Below are positions 22,523-34,713 of a stretch of 51,385 nt of DNA, piece after piece (positions within the stretch are counted from its first letter, which is position 1; each line of letters begins with the position of its first letter). Made by a program: the position numbers and the translations under genes. Origin of the DNA: Catajapyx aquilonaris (Eukaryota); the NCBI GenBank assembly GCA_000934665.2, contig JYFJ02002767.1, positions 1-51,385 on the forward strand, in the 5' to 3' direction. The notes under the pieces were generated by a model that worked only from the letters and a program-made list of their open reading frames with translations, did not search any database and was not told where the DNA came from.

Positions 22523-25500
22523 ATGGTAAGGCTGGCAGTGGTTTGGGGCTGGTTGGCCCGTGGTTTGGTTGTCGGTATGGCTTGGGGTGTGGATGAGAGT
22601 GAGGGCGACGGGTAAAGAGGGAAGTGACCCGATTTCAAGGGTGGGCTTTTTTTTTTATATAGCTGATGTCATTTTTTTGGAGGGCTAGGCCTAGGACCGG
22701 CGGTTGGGCGGGGGGGCATTAGGAGGGCATTTGTGGATGGTGGTTAATGTGGTTTGATTAGGTGACGGGTCAGGAGGGCATGATTGCAATTTTGGTGTGA
22801 TTGGGTTGAAAGAGTGGGGTATTGCTGTGTGGTTATGCTGCCATATTTGGGGACAGTGGTAGCATGGTCATGCTGTGGCAGTGTCACGACGGCTGCGTTG
22901 ACAATGACTTGCAACTAAGAATTGCAGTTTTTAAATGGTACTGTGAATTTGTTAATTAAAATACCAATACAGATGTAAATGACAGTATATAGCAGTTGTA
23001 ATATATGCTAAATGCAGTGACATACAAATTCAATGATATTATTTTGCGGGTTTCCAGAAAATTCTAACTACTGTAATACTAAAACATTGGCATATAATTA
23101 GGCCACATCAAGTGAAACTCTTGGGCTGGCTGGTTGGGTAATTTGAGGTTATTAGGTGGCATTGCAACTATTGAGGCTTAACAAGTAGAACATTTTTAGC
23201 TGTCAGTGGTAAAAAGAGGACTGAACTTGGTTGTGGTGGCCTACTAATGGCATTGGTGCCAAAATGGGATTGGTTAGAATGCCCAGAATTTGTGATTGGA
23301 CAATGAGTACCAATTTTGTGACATTACTCAGCAGTCATGTGAACTGAAGATGCCTGCTGACTCATGCCATCAGTTGCACCATCCAGAAGGTATGAACAGG
23401 ATTTAGCTAGGGACAAGAGCAAAAATGCCATGAATAGTAGAAGGTACTGAAGCCATAGCCTTATATGGTTATGGCTTTGGGTTTGCATTGAGGTTAGGTA
23501 ATATCTGATGCATCACTGTACAATGATATCGAATGTTATAACTGGGCCATTAGTAAAGTGGTTTCTATGAAATTAACATCCTTTGTGCAAGTCTCACTGA
23601 CATAGAACATGTAAAGTCACCTTAACCTTTCATCACTTGACACGTTTTGCACACTTAACTAAGGCCTGCTGCAAATGAGGAAATGTGGGAGGGAGGCAAC
23701 TTGCACGCACATATCCAAGTATTCATATTGCCCGCTAGAGGGTACAAGTGTCGCGGCCCAACCCAGCCCATGCCAGCACACCCAGATCGGCTCCAAATGT
23801 ATTGCCTGCAAGAAATCTGCACGCGCTCACTGCCCCAGGAGAGCGCATGCGCTGTGCCATCCTGAGTGGGTGGGCAGGCAATGAGTTGCTTCCAAATTTC
23901 CTCATTTGCAGCGGGCCTAATGCTGCAGTCATTTTGAAAATATTCAATGCGGGTAGCCTAGAAACTCGACTTACTACAGTTGACTCCAGATGTAACAGCC
24001 TCGCTTATAACAGATTCTCGGTTATAGTAGACTGGAAAGGCTGGTCCCGCCATACTTCCATGGCTATAACAGACTTCGGTTGTAACACTTATTTCCTTTC
24101 AAGCCCGTTATAACTGGAGTCTACTGTACTATGTGCAGATGCAATGTTTTTTAAAATGATGGCAGTCTATCACACTCTCAAGTGCATCATGGAATTGTAT
24201 ATGTCACTGGGAAAGATATTTAATTGGCTTTCCAATGGTAACTCTCTGCCATCATGCCATTAAAAGCAGTATCCTCTCTGTCTGCTTATGTCTATCAGCA
24301 CTCATCGCCTAGGTAGTAGTAACAATAGATTTTCATTTGCCATACAACAATTATTAGAGAACATGTAGTCATCAGAAAGGGTAGGACCCACGTCAATGGA
24401 GGCGAGACATGCGCTGGTCATAGCACTCCGGTGGGCTTTGCAGGTCTGCTATTAGTACTTACAGGTTTGAGGATGGAGGAGAGGGGAAGTAAGGGTCTTG
24501 GAGAGATTTTTATCACTAGGGATGTAAGCTGACTTAAGCTACATGCAGTAGAATACAGCTACAGTACATACATACCGTAGAACCCTGATTATCTGTCACC
24601 CATGGAACTGGGGCATTGTTGGATAAAAGAAAAGCTCTGATAATCTGACAGTGAGTAGCAAAGGAAAATACAACAAAAAACATAAGAAACCATGAAATAA
24701 TGTACAGTACTACGCTTTTCTAATAAATTGATCTTCTATGTATACACTGCGGTTTAAAATTTAACTAAGGCAATACAAAACAAATTATTAGTAGGCCTGC
24801 ATTACAGTATTAGATGATAAAACATCCATTTATTGCTTGAGCGGGATGGTCGGATAAACTGGGTTCTACTGTACATATTTAGTGGTAAGTAGGCCTCCAG
24901 GCTACTTGTGATGTGAAAAGAAGTGTTAAATACAGGGATGCCTGTAAAACAGAGTAAATGTTACAATATTGTTAGTCCATGTAAATTGCAAATGAATGCA
25001 TAAATATTCATGCTCGCCTAACCAACGAGTTCTGTCTGGTGGGAGATGATAAAAGAAACCACATCCTCGGGAAAAGGGTTTTTCCGTTGCTATTGTTAAT
25101 CTAGTGTTATATCTTGCAGTAACTAAATCTTCTCTCTTTTCAGGCTTCTGGAGTAACTGTTTCAGATGCCTGCAAAACTACATATGAAGAAATCAAGAAG
25201 GATAAAAAGTACCGTTATGTAATTTTCTTCATTAAAGACGAAAAGCAGATAGATGTCGAAGTTGTAGGTGAGTAAATGCTGTTAGGGGAACTTAGGGTGT
25301 AACTTGCCATTGTAACATGAGAATTAGAAGCATAAGAGACCAGAGAATGCCAAATTGTGCAATATGACAGGCAATGAGAATGTTCGTACTCTAAATGAGA
25401 GGGCGCGGCATATAACTTGTTCCATCTTCAAACTGGGGTGTATGCAGGGAACCTGGGTAGAAATGAGATTTGTACTAACATGTAAGCTGTATTTTCAGGA

Positions 25501-27529
25501 TTATTTTACTTATGATTCATGTGATAAATCAAAATAGCAGAAGTGTCACGCAGCTTGTAGTTAAATACACAGTTTTAGGTGTGAGCACAAGTCAGGATTC
25601 AGAAGGTTTTGCTATATAATCAGTGGATATATTTTGGGCTTTCCTATTACTCCTGCACTTTGTCGTTTTTGCCTCATAGTCCACCATCCGGCCCTCTACA
25701 CTTTAAGGGCACCGTACGCATTAACTACGCAACGGAGCCAAAAACTAATTGCACATCCCTCCGTTTTGCATGTACTATCAGTCTACCTGGCAATTGGGCA
25801 CGAGTTTCCCTTCACCTTTCATACAAGAGAGGGTGGCATATGCTTTTAGAATTACATGCATCAGGTAATTGACTGGTTGGAAGAGCTGCAGCACCTAAGA
25901 CCATTGTGAATGAGGGAGGATGGGGTGGGGTAAAACAGGTGGGCATTCAGGATTAATTTGAGTGCACAGGAGTCGAAGCAATGAAGGCTATCTGGCTATT
26001 AGAGGTTACAAAGGTAGATAGAGGAGGTAGAAACAAAAGAGAAAGAGAGTGAAGATGCAAAATTCTGGTGTGTCTTTGTGTGTTTCCTACCCCAAAAAGA
26101 CTTTCTGGCTTGGATGGCCCTGTCAATAGATGAAGTTTAGTGCCTGTATAGCTCTGAGTCTTCATAAAGCAGCCCATGCTTTCTGTGATGTGTAGTTACA
26201 TACACCATCTGCATGTAACTGCACAAGTACGGGGAATCTTCTTTTTCCATATGCTGGTCACCTTGGTGATGCACTGTGCTAGATTGAGGTTCATGTGTCA
26301 AGTCATGGGCATGCCAACTACAGAATACAACCCTTGATATCTTTTGAGAGGTCACATTCTTAACCCTTAACCACCAACGTGAATCTGCCATACATTGGCT
26401 ACGACGTGGGGTCTTTAAGGACCCCACACGGTTTTCATTTTTTTAAAAACTTAGTAGCACTAAAGCCATTCTTCCCCGCTGAATTCGGCCTGTATTCTCA
26501 TCTGTATGTGTAAAAAAATCGAACTCCTGTGACCATTAGTTGAGTCATAAGGGACCTGAGACTCCGTTATCGCAGCTTCGTAGTCGTCCAGCTCGATGCC
26601 GTAAGTAATGGCTTATAACGTAAACATTCCCAGCTGCAGGGTCTGCAAGGTTTTAGTTCCGAGTAATGTTTATTGCTGAATAACAACACTCACACTTTAT
26701 AAAATACAATTTGCTGTGATGTGCTGTGATGTGTTCTCTAAAAAATTATGGTACATTGGCTATGACGTGGGGTATATCTGGACCCCACAGGGACGCTTAG
26801 CAGCATAAAAGTACGGGTAACTCTGCAAAAAAATTTCTACTGATGTCAAAATTTTTCATTGGATCGAAGAGAGTAAGTCTGAGGAATATAGACCTGCCAT
26901 TTTTCATTTCATATAAAATTTATTAATTGCGATGGTATTAACTACATTGTGGGGTCCAAAAAGACCCCACGTTGGTGGTTAAGGGTTAAATAACTGCCTT
27001 GCAGTAACTTACCCATTGGTGAACAAATAATGCTTAAATTATGTACACCCTCATGTGGAGTGCAGCTGAAACAAAACATGGTTCGTTTCAGGTGAGCGTA
27101 ATGCGTCGTATGATTCGTTCCTAGAGGACTTGCAACGAGGTGGAACTGGTGAATGCCGATATGGGTTGTTCGATTTTGAATACACCCATCAGTGCCAGGG
27201 CACTTCAGAGGTAGGTGCCCAGTTGCTGTGACATGATGGCCAATCAGCTAATGACATCTTCCCACAGGCTTCAAAAAAGCAAAAGTTGTTTCTGATGTCC
27301 TGGTGCCCAGATACTGCCAAGGTTAAGAAGAAGATGCTGTATTCCTCAAGCTTTGATGCACTGAAGAAGTCTTTGGTGGGAGTGCAGAAATACATTCAGG
27401 TGAGCATTTGTTGTTGTGACATACTTTGAGCTTCCATTAATGATTACTTTCCCCTTTCAGGCCACTGACTTGTCAGAAGCTTCTATGGAGGCTGTGGAGG
27501 AAAAATTGAGATCTACTGACAGGCAGTAG
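22523..27529 (+). CDS. tsr: Cofilin/actin-depolymerizing factor (twinstar ortholog), 148 aa, 5 coding exons
   Basis: Exons 22523-22525 (ATG|gtaag), 25144-25267, 27092-27210, 27268-27399, 27461-27529; 447 nt; protein MASGVTVSDACKTTYEEIKKDKKYRY...ECRYGLFDFEY...WCPDTAKVKKKMLYSSSFDALKK...EEKLRSTDRQ. Confidence 0.97.
23663..23917. mobile_element. PIF/Harbinger-like MITE in cofilin intron 1
   Basis: TAA TSDs; TIRs GGCC.GCTGCAAATGAGGAAAT.TGG. Confidence 0.85.
23977..24126. mobile_element. Tigger/pogo-like MITE
   Basis: TA TSDs; CAGT.GACTCCAG TIRs; related degraded copy at about 31041-31215. Confidence 0.75.
24575..24871. mobile_element. Tigger/pogo-like MITE
   Basis: TA flanks; C.GTAGAACCC / GGGTTCTACTG TIRs. 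Confidence 0.7.
26364..26985. mobile_element. piggyBac-like non-autonomous element in cofilin intron 2
   Basis: TTAA TSDs; perfect TIRs CCCTTAACCACCAACGTG; three internal GTGGGGT-N-ACCCCAC hairpin motifs. Confidence 0.9.
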
Positions 27530-28523
27530 GCTAAGGTATGAGTCATTGCAATTATGTGCCCTGATGTCTGTTTATACCAGACCACCTCTGTATGAGAACG
27601 AAATTTTTGCGAAATATTTTGTAACCCTTGTTTAATTTCCAATCCCTTGAATTTGGGCGGTAATGCCTGCATAAATAAAGTTATTCAGGAAAATGAAGAC
27701 CAAAGGTCAATAGGATGGTGTGGAAGTGTAAACCAGCAGACTAGTCGATAAGCACTTTCAGTCTATGGCATGGGGGAAAATGTGGAAATTGTTTCTCTTT
27801 ATTTTGTGTTGATTTTACATCACATGGCTAGGGTTGAGGGGTACAGTTATGTGTATTGACTGAGTGGTCTCATCACAGAAGGGGAGAGTTGGGTGCTGAA
27901 ACAACAGATTGCAGACTTTTTTCCTTGCCTCTGATTTATTTTTCTTTACTTTGGCATTATGCATTGTAATTTCGTAAAATTTGATTTCAGTATGGTAATG
28001 TGGGGTGACTGTGTGACAAAGGAAAAAAATAAATGCTGGAACTTTTGTACCAATAATATTGTAGGCATTGTTATGATCAATGTGAATTAAACTTCTTTCA
28101 GATTAACAATGTGGTTATTATTACGATGTCCTGATGCACATCAATCCACGACTTCCCATCACAAATGCTTTCGTTGCGAAACTTTTTTAAAGCAACTTTG
28201 CAAACATGTCGTATGGACCAGTGCATCAGGTACAGGTGAACAATGACCATTACAGAGGATTTCTTGGTTTGCAAAAATTCAAAACAATGCAACTAGGTTA
28301 GGGTGTAAGTGTACTGCTCTGTAGATGCCTCCTGTGTTTAATTAAACTCTGTAAGCTTGGAAGGTACAGTAAAGGCTCTGGTTAATTTGAAAAAGGAGAT
28401 AAAACGTACCCACCCAACCCCCACTTTTAATGCAGGTGTATTCAGAAATGCACAGTGTATCTGTGCATATAATAGCAAATGTATTCAGAAAATTTGGGAA
28501 GGAAACTTTGGACTTAATGACTC

Positions 28524-28680
28524 GGCCCGTCAGTTCCTGTAGTTCAGTGGCAGAACGCACATTTCCATGGAGTGTGAACCTGGGTTCGATTCCCAGCAGG
28601 GGCCAAAGGGTTTCGAGTTTCAAAATGTTTTGTGTACTGAATTTAAGCCCACCAGGTCTCATTGGGCTTTATATTTAGTT
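28524..28680 (+). mobile_element. tRNA-derived SINE family D fragment downstream of cofilin
   Basis: TAGTTCAGTGG A box and GGTTCGATTCC B box followed by a non-tRNA body. Confidence 0.65.
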
Positions 28681-29373
28681 AATGCTCAAGCTTTGAGTTT
28701 TTTGAGGCAAGGGAAACTAATGCATTGTAGTAGGTGTCCTGGACCCAATCATAAAAATATGTACTTGGCAAATTTTGACCCTACTACTATTTGTTTTGCA
28801 TTGCAGCAAACAGCCTTGCTCAATTGCAGAAATAAAACTATTGTAGTCTAGCTGATAGCATGTTAATAGCTGTGCCTGACTTGAACACACTGCATTGCTA
28901 ATGATAGTGATTGATGGATAAGGTTGACTACATTGCATTTTTACACTAAATAAAAGGAGGTATGCACTTCACATTTTGTGTTTTTATCCCTGTTCTGTAA
29001 TGTACAACTTGAGATATACATGTTCAGTAATAATTGAAGTTTCTGAATCGGTGTGCTAATATCATAGAAATGAATTACTAAAAGTCTGAAGTGACTACTC
29101 TGTACAGAATAACACAATGGGTGGAATTTTTATCCCACTGCTAGTTCTAACTTGGCAGTACCAGTGTTGGGGAAGGTTACTGCTAAGTTCGCAGTAACTA
29201 GCAGTGGTACGAAAATTCCACCCAATGCTGCATAATTTTTGGAAGTGGATAAAAACCTATTTTTCAGTTTGGCTGGGCTGGTGCATATGCATTGCTGTGT
29301 GTGATTAAATGTTTAAAGCTCCAAATCTAGAACATGGGGTGATGCTACTTTTAGTGGAGGGTTGTACCTAATG

Positions 29374-29474
29374 TACTATATTGCTCAGAAACATAGACGA
29401 TTTTGCATTTGATTCAAGTGCAGGCTGCACTGGAGTCAAATGCAAAATCGTCTATGTTTTTGAGCGATATAGTA
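29374..29474. repeat. About 100-bp near-perfect palindromic mini-element, copy 1
   Basis: TACTATATTGCTCA...TGAGCGATATAGTA with a 1-nt centre; second copy at 32636-32745. Confidence 0.85.
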
Positions 29475-29782
29475 TTTTCTGCTATGAACTGACAAAATAA
29501 GTCGCATTGGCTCACCTGCTCCTGTACATTGGTGGACAATTTATATACAGTATTAAAATTCATCATCAAATTATGTGTGTACATAAGAATAATTTATTAT
29601 CTCTTGTGGGGTTTTCTTATCTGAGAAGCTGGTCAGTTCATCTCAAGTAGGTGCCAAGTATTTTCACAGATGTTGGTCATGTTTGATGTAGTGGTCCTGG
29701 AATAAATTACAATGCATTGTTTTACTGGCCATCAATAATGGGATTGCTTGTATCATGTATAGTGCTGGACATTAATTCCATT

Positions 29783-30014
29783 GTACTGCTCAAGACATTT
29801 TCTGAGGCGGAAGAAGTGAACATCGAAGTGATGGAGTGCAAGTCGTGAGAGTAAGAAATGGAAGGCCTTGGGTGGCGTCACCGGCTAGGGCCCATGGAGA
29901 AAAAGGCTTGTCGCCAGCGGTGACGTCACCCAAGGCCTACCATTTCTTGCTCGACTCACACTCCGTCACTTCGATGTTCACTTCTGCCGCCTCGGAAAAT
30001 GTCGCTTGCAGTAC
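29783..30014. mobile_element. Palindromic MITE
   Basis: GTACTGC...GACATTTTC.GAGGCGG.AGAAGTGAACATCGAAGTGA and its reverse complement. Confidence 0.8.
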
Positions 30015-32252
30015 TACAGAATTCATGTCCAGCACCGTAGCACAGTTTATTGCCATGAGGGTGCATGCTGCACTGAGCATGATGGTTTGACTCTGGAATG
30101 GCCCCCACAAGTGTGTCAATAAAAAGCCAGACAACCCACACTCCTGCAGAAACTAGAAAATCCTAACTAATAAAATGGTGGCAGTAATATTAGTAGTAGT
30201 AATAATAGTATACCTCAGCAGTCTTCATCAGGTGGCCCGCAGGGGACTGGGCTTGTAAAGAGGGATCCATGCAAATATTTTGGGTGATGGCCGAGTTTCT
30301 GGAATTAAGTTTGTAATTACAGTGAAACCTGTCAATGGTGACGTAGCTGCATTGTGCAAATTTTTTTCATATGAACAAGCTTCCATTACATGCGACAAAT
30401 ACATTGAAAATAAAAGCACCAGGACCAAACAAGTTCCATAAGGACCAGGATTCTGCTGTTTTGAAGATCTCGTATACACAGGTTTTACTATACATGTATT
30501 GCAATATCGTTATGGGAAGTTGTCCCTCCTCATGCCAGAATAGGAAAAATGGTCAAGTCAGCATGGATTAATTTAGAAGCAAGTGCCATGTTGCTGTCAG
30601 GTTTTCATAAAAATTGAGAAGAGTAATATTGCACAGGGTTCTAGCAAGGTTGGGAGTGATCAAATGGGTTCTGAAACACCACAAAGGATGAAGACTGCTG
30701 ATTTTCTGCATGATTAGTGTTGGGTTTATGTTTGTGACGTCTGCTTTCATTGCATGTGCACTGGTAGGAGGGATAAGGATTGGGAGAGAGAAGCAGCTGT
30801 GGCCTGTTATTTGGAACAGTCAGCTGGATGTGACCAAGGAAAACCACAGAAGACATTGGCGAAGATACCCTGCACTGGAGATCAAAGCAACATCACATCA
30901 GCCTGCTGCTTAGACCACTGCAATGGACTGCCTTGGTTCAAAAGAGTAGGCACATACCACTTACTGTATTCTCTGAGGTTTACTGCAATTAGGTAAGTTA
31001 TGATTAATGAGGGTCTCGGAACAATTTAGCTGTCAAAAATACAGTTTACTCTGGATATAAGAGCCTCGGCTATAAGCAACCCTCGGTTATAGCCAACTAG
31101 AGAGGCTGATCCTCGCATACTTCCATACATGACCTGTGTATTTGGATATTAGAAACCTCAGTTATAGGATACTGACTTTGCGGTCACCTTGAAATGTCTC
31201 GTATCTAGAGTTAACTAGTTGTTTTGAAACAAACTGGCTAGTTTGGTCAGGTGTACTTCTTTCCAGAGAGGTTAAGGCCTATTGCACCATCCATAATGGT
31301 ATATGTAGGAGAGTTTTCCTCCAACCAATCTGTGGTACTGGGTGGGGTTATAGGAAGATCTAAATTAGGAACATGCATGAGAGAGGTTTGTGCAATCAGC
31401 CCTAATTCCCTCCATGGGCTATCCTTTCTGAGTTTTGTTGTGGTTTTCCTTGTACAGTACATTTTTAAGCTAAGGGTGAAGGCCACATCCACTTCCATTC
31501 CTTGGTCCTTAACTTTCCTCCACCTCCTGATCCATATTTTACCTAAATTGTATGATTAAAGGTGAATAGAAAGTAGGTATACTTCCTCCTGGAGGGATTA
31601 GTTTTTTATTTTGCAGGGTCAAGTATTACAAATACTACTACTACTAACTACTGCTATTACTACTATTACTAGGAGTGGCAAGTTGATGATTGATCGTGTG
31701 GGAAAAAGCCAGTAAGGCAACAAGGCTGTTGTGCTATAAGAAGATAGATGGAGAGAGCAGGAGGGATGGAAGGGAATCTCAGTGTCTCTCTTTGTTTGTA
31801 TCCTACTCCCAAAAAACGCTTTCTGGCCGGTAAGACCTACCAAAGCTAGCCAAAGCTACCACTGGCATAACTGTTGAGGTTACTGGAAGCACACAAGGTA
31901 GAGATACTAGCAGGGTGGGGGCATGGTGATGTAGTGGTTCAGGCCACAGCCTTACCAACTCTTGAGATAGTGGGGAAGGCTTGTGATGGTCAGAGGACTC
32001 TTTATGTGGGAAGAGTCGATGGTTTCTCTCTGTTTTCTCCAACTCTCTACATCTGTCATCATTGGGCTTACAAATAAGACTGGCAAATTAAAGGCGATTC
32101 CCAAAGATGCCACTTGGGCATTTGTAACTTTATGCTGAGTCCTGTCTCTCCCTAATATCCCCCTCCCAGCACCCTCTAGCCAGACCTGCTCTTCCCACTA
32201 CCCCAAGAGTAGTTCTCCAATTGCTTTCCAGTAATCTCTGCACACACACGTC

Positions 32253-32631
32253 CCGCTCATAATGAATGGTACGACTCTATAGACGAAATGTTTATCCTGA
32301 TTATCGAGCATTATTCCCAACCTTAATTCGACAAAACCCTATAGACAACCTTTTCTGGACCTCTGGTGACTCGTATGACCCATCCCGATTTTTAAATAAA
32401 AATTTTAATGACCAAAATGTTCAACACGGTGCAATGCTTATGTAGATTTGATGTGAATTTCCCCCCTACAATTTTCCTACATAGCTTTGTTTTTCTCTTC
32501 TCTTTTTTATTTTATTTTGATTCCCTTTTCCTGGACTTCCTCGTGACCCCTAAAAACATGCTGGCGACCCAGGGGTTGGGAACAGAATAAACATTTTGTC
32601 CATATAGAGTCGTACCATTCTTTATGAACGG
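32253..32631. mobile_element. MITE
   Basis: TIRs CCG.TCATAA.GAATGGTACGACTCTATA...AAATGTTTAT. Confidence 0.75.
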
Positions 32632-32635
32632 TACT

Positions 32636-32745
32636 GTACTATATCTCTCGAAAACATAAGAGACGATTTTGCATTTGACTCAAGTGCAGCCTGCACTTGA
32701 ATCAAATGCAAAATCGTCTCTTATGTTTTTTGAGCGATATAGTAC
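32636..32745. repeat. About 110-bp palindromic mini-element, copy 2
   Basis: Homologous to 29374-29474, in opposite orientation. Confidence 0.85.
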
Positions 32746-33101
32746 ATCTATGCAGGCAGGCATAAAAGCATGTATTTATGAGAACTGCATGGAACAGTGA
32801 GTGGAAGAGTGTATGACTTTCGGTCAGTACTGCAGTGTACACAGAGTAACTCTGATTGCGGATCCTCCCCTGATGCCATTTTATTGTGAGTTGCTCGGTG
32901 TACTGATTGGGGGTCTGCAATATTAATTTAATCACCATTTCTATATAAATTCTTCTCATTTAGTCAATCCCGTGCTGCTCAAAAAGTATGAACAATTATA
33001 ATGCAGTGTTAAATAGGTAGTAAACACAACTTAATGTGGTACTTGCAAAAATATCACAAAGAACCCTGAGAGATAAGACCTAACATGTTAAGATGATAGT
33101 A

Positions 33102-33266
33102 CAGTGCTGGGCATTAATGGTGTCATACTGGTGGTGCCACGAGCCACTGGTGGCAAAAAAGTGAATAGAAATGATGAATTAGCAACAAATACATTACTTC
33201 GATTCACTGTTTTGCTGCCAGCTGCTCGTGGTGCCACCAGGACGACACAATTAATGTCCATCACTG
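33102..33266. mobile_element. hAT-like palindromic MITE
   Basis: CAGTGCTGGGCATTAAT / ATTAATGTCCATCACTG termini; TSD not evident. Confidence 0.55.
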
Positions 33267-33307
33267 CACCAGCCACAAAGAGAGAAATGCCAGCCCAGAT
33301 GATGGGG

Positions 33308-33398
<91 letters not shown>

Positions 33399-34141
33399 GA
33401 AGTAGTACATACACGTTGGGAGAAAATATTCCTGTTCTTTGTACCTACATGAGCAAAAAGTTGGGTAGGACAAGCTGTATAGAACCATGAGCCACATAAA
33501 CCAGCTCAATTGAAGATTGGCCTGATTTATTCTGATGGGCATGTATGTTACATTTCATTGCTTTTTTGTTCTTATGGACCTTGTCTCATTGGTTTTCATG
33601 AAGCTGCACTGTTGCACTCCCCTCATTGCTCATGTTGGTACAATTGCACAGGTTTTGTAAATTTCTTTTTCTCGTATATGGGTCATTTAAATATAATTAT
33701 ACAAGTACTTACCAAAGGAGAGGGAATACTACAGTGGAACATGTCTGTGACAGACCATGGAAACAGTTTAAACATTTCCATTACTGAAATTTTTGTTTGG
33801 TCTCAGCGGAGGACTTTCCGTGTATTTTTGTCATATAAAGGAAACAAGTCCAGCGAGGAATATTTTTGTGGAATGGAGTGCTTCCCTTGTACACAGGTTT
33901 CAGTGAAAAGGCTTGCCATGAGAGAGGTGTTTGCATTTTCTCATTGAAAGATATACTTGGAATCAAAAAGATGGTTAAAATGCAGTTGGTAGCATGTGAA
34001 TACATGTGACTATGATAGGCTCTTAGACCGCCACATAACATACCCTGAATGCATGGGAAACCTGAACATGATGGAATTTTGTTGTAGGATTTTCTGCCTA
34101 CTTTTGTCACGTCTAGTGGGAATATGTTGAGTATAGATAAT

Positions 34142-34713
34142 AATTGAACCATGTAAAACAAAACCGAGCTAACTCCAGTGAGGGGAAAAAAAGGACTTGT
34201 GCACTTCTTGCACTGACCCCTTGGAAGGCATAGAAGGGACCATCACACATGCATGGAATTATCAGGAAAGTTGCAGGCGGTTTTTCAACACCCATCCACG
34301 TTGAAACAATGTGTCGGACATGTAGGTATTGCACAGCACATGTTTGTAGTGACCCCCTCCCCACGAAGCCCTCTTGGAGTTGTTTCGGATTTCTCTTCCA
34401 AGAGCGTGTGGAATACAAAAGTACTTTTGTATTCCACACGTAGACACGCTCTTGGAAGAGACAACTGAAACAGCTCCTAAAGGGCTTCATGGGGAGGGGG
34501 TCACTACAAACGTGTGCTGTGCAGTACCTACAGGTCCGACAAGTATCGTTTCAACGTGGATGGGTGTTGAATTGCCGGCTGCAACTGCCCTGAAAATTCC
34601 ATGCATGTGTGATGGTCCCTTCTATGCTTTCCGAGGGGCCAGTGCAAGAAGTGCGCAAGTCCTTATTTTCCATCGCTGGAGTTAGCTCGGTTTTGTTTTA
34701 CATGCTTCCAATT
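34142..34713. repeat. About 570-bp palindromic (foldback) element
   Basis: 34142-34408 is the reverse complement of about 34445-34713; the centre is a perfect spacerless palindrome CGTGTGGAATACAAAAGT|ACTTTTGTATTCCACACG. Confidence 0.92.
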
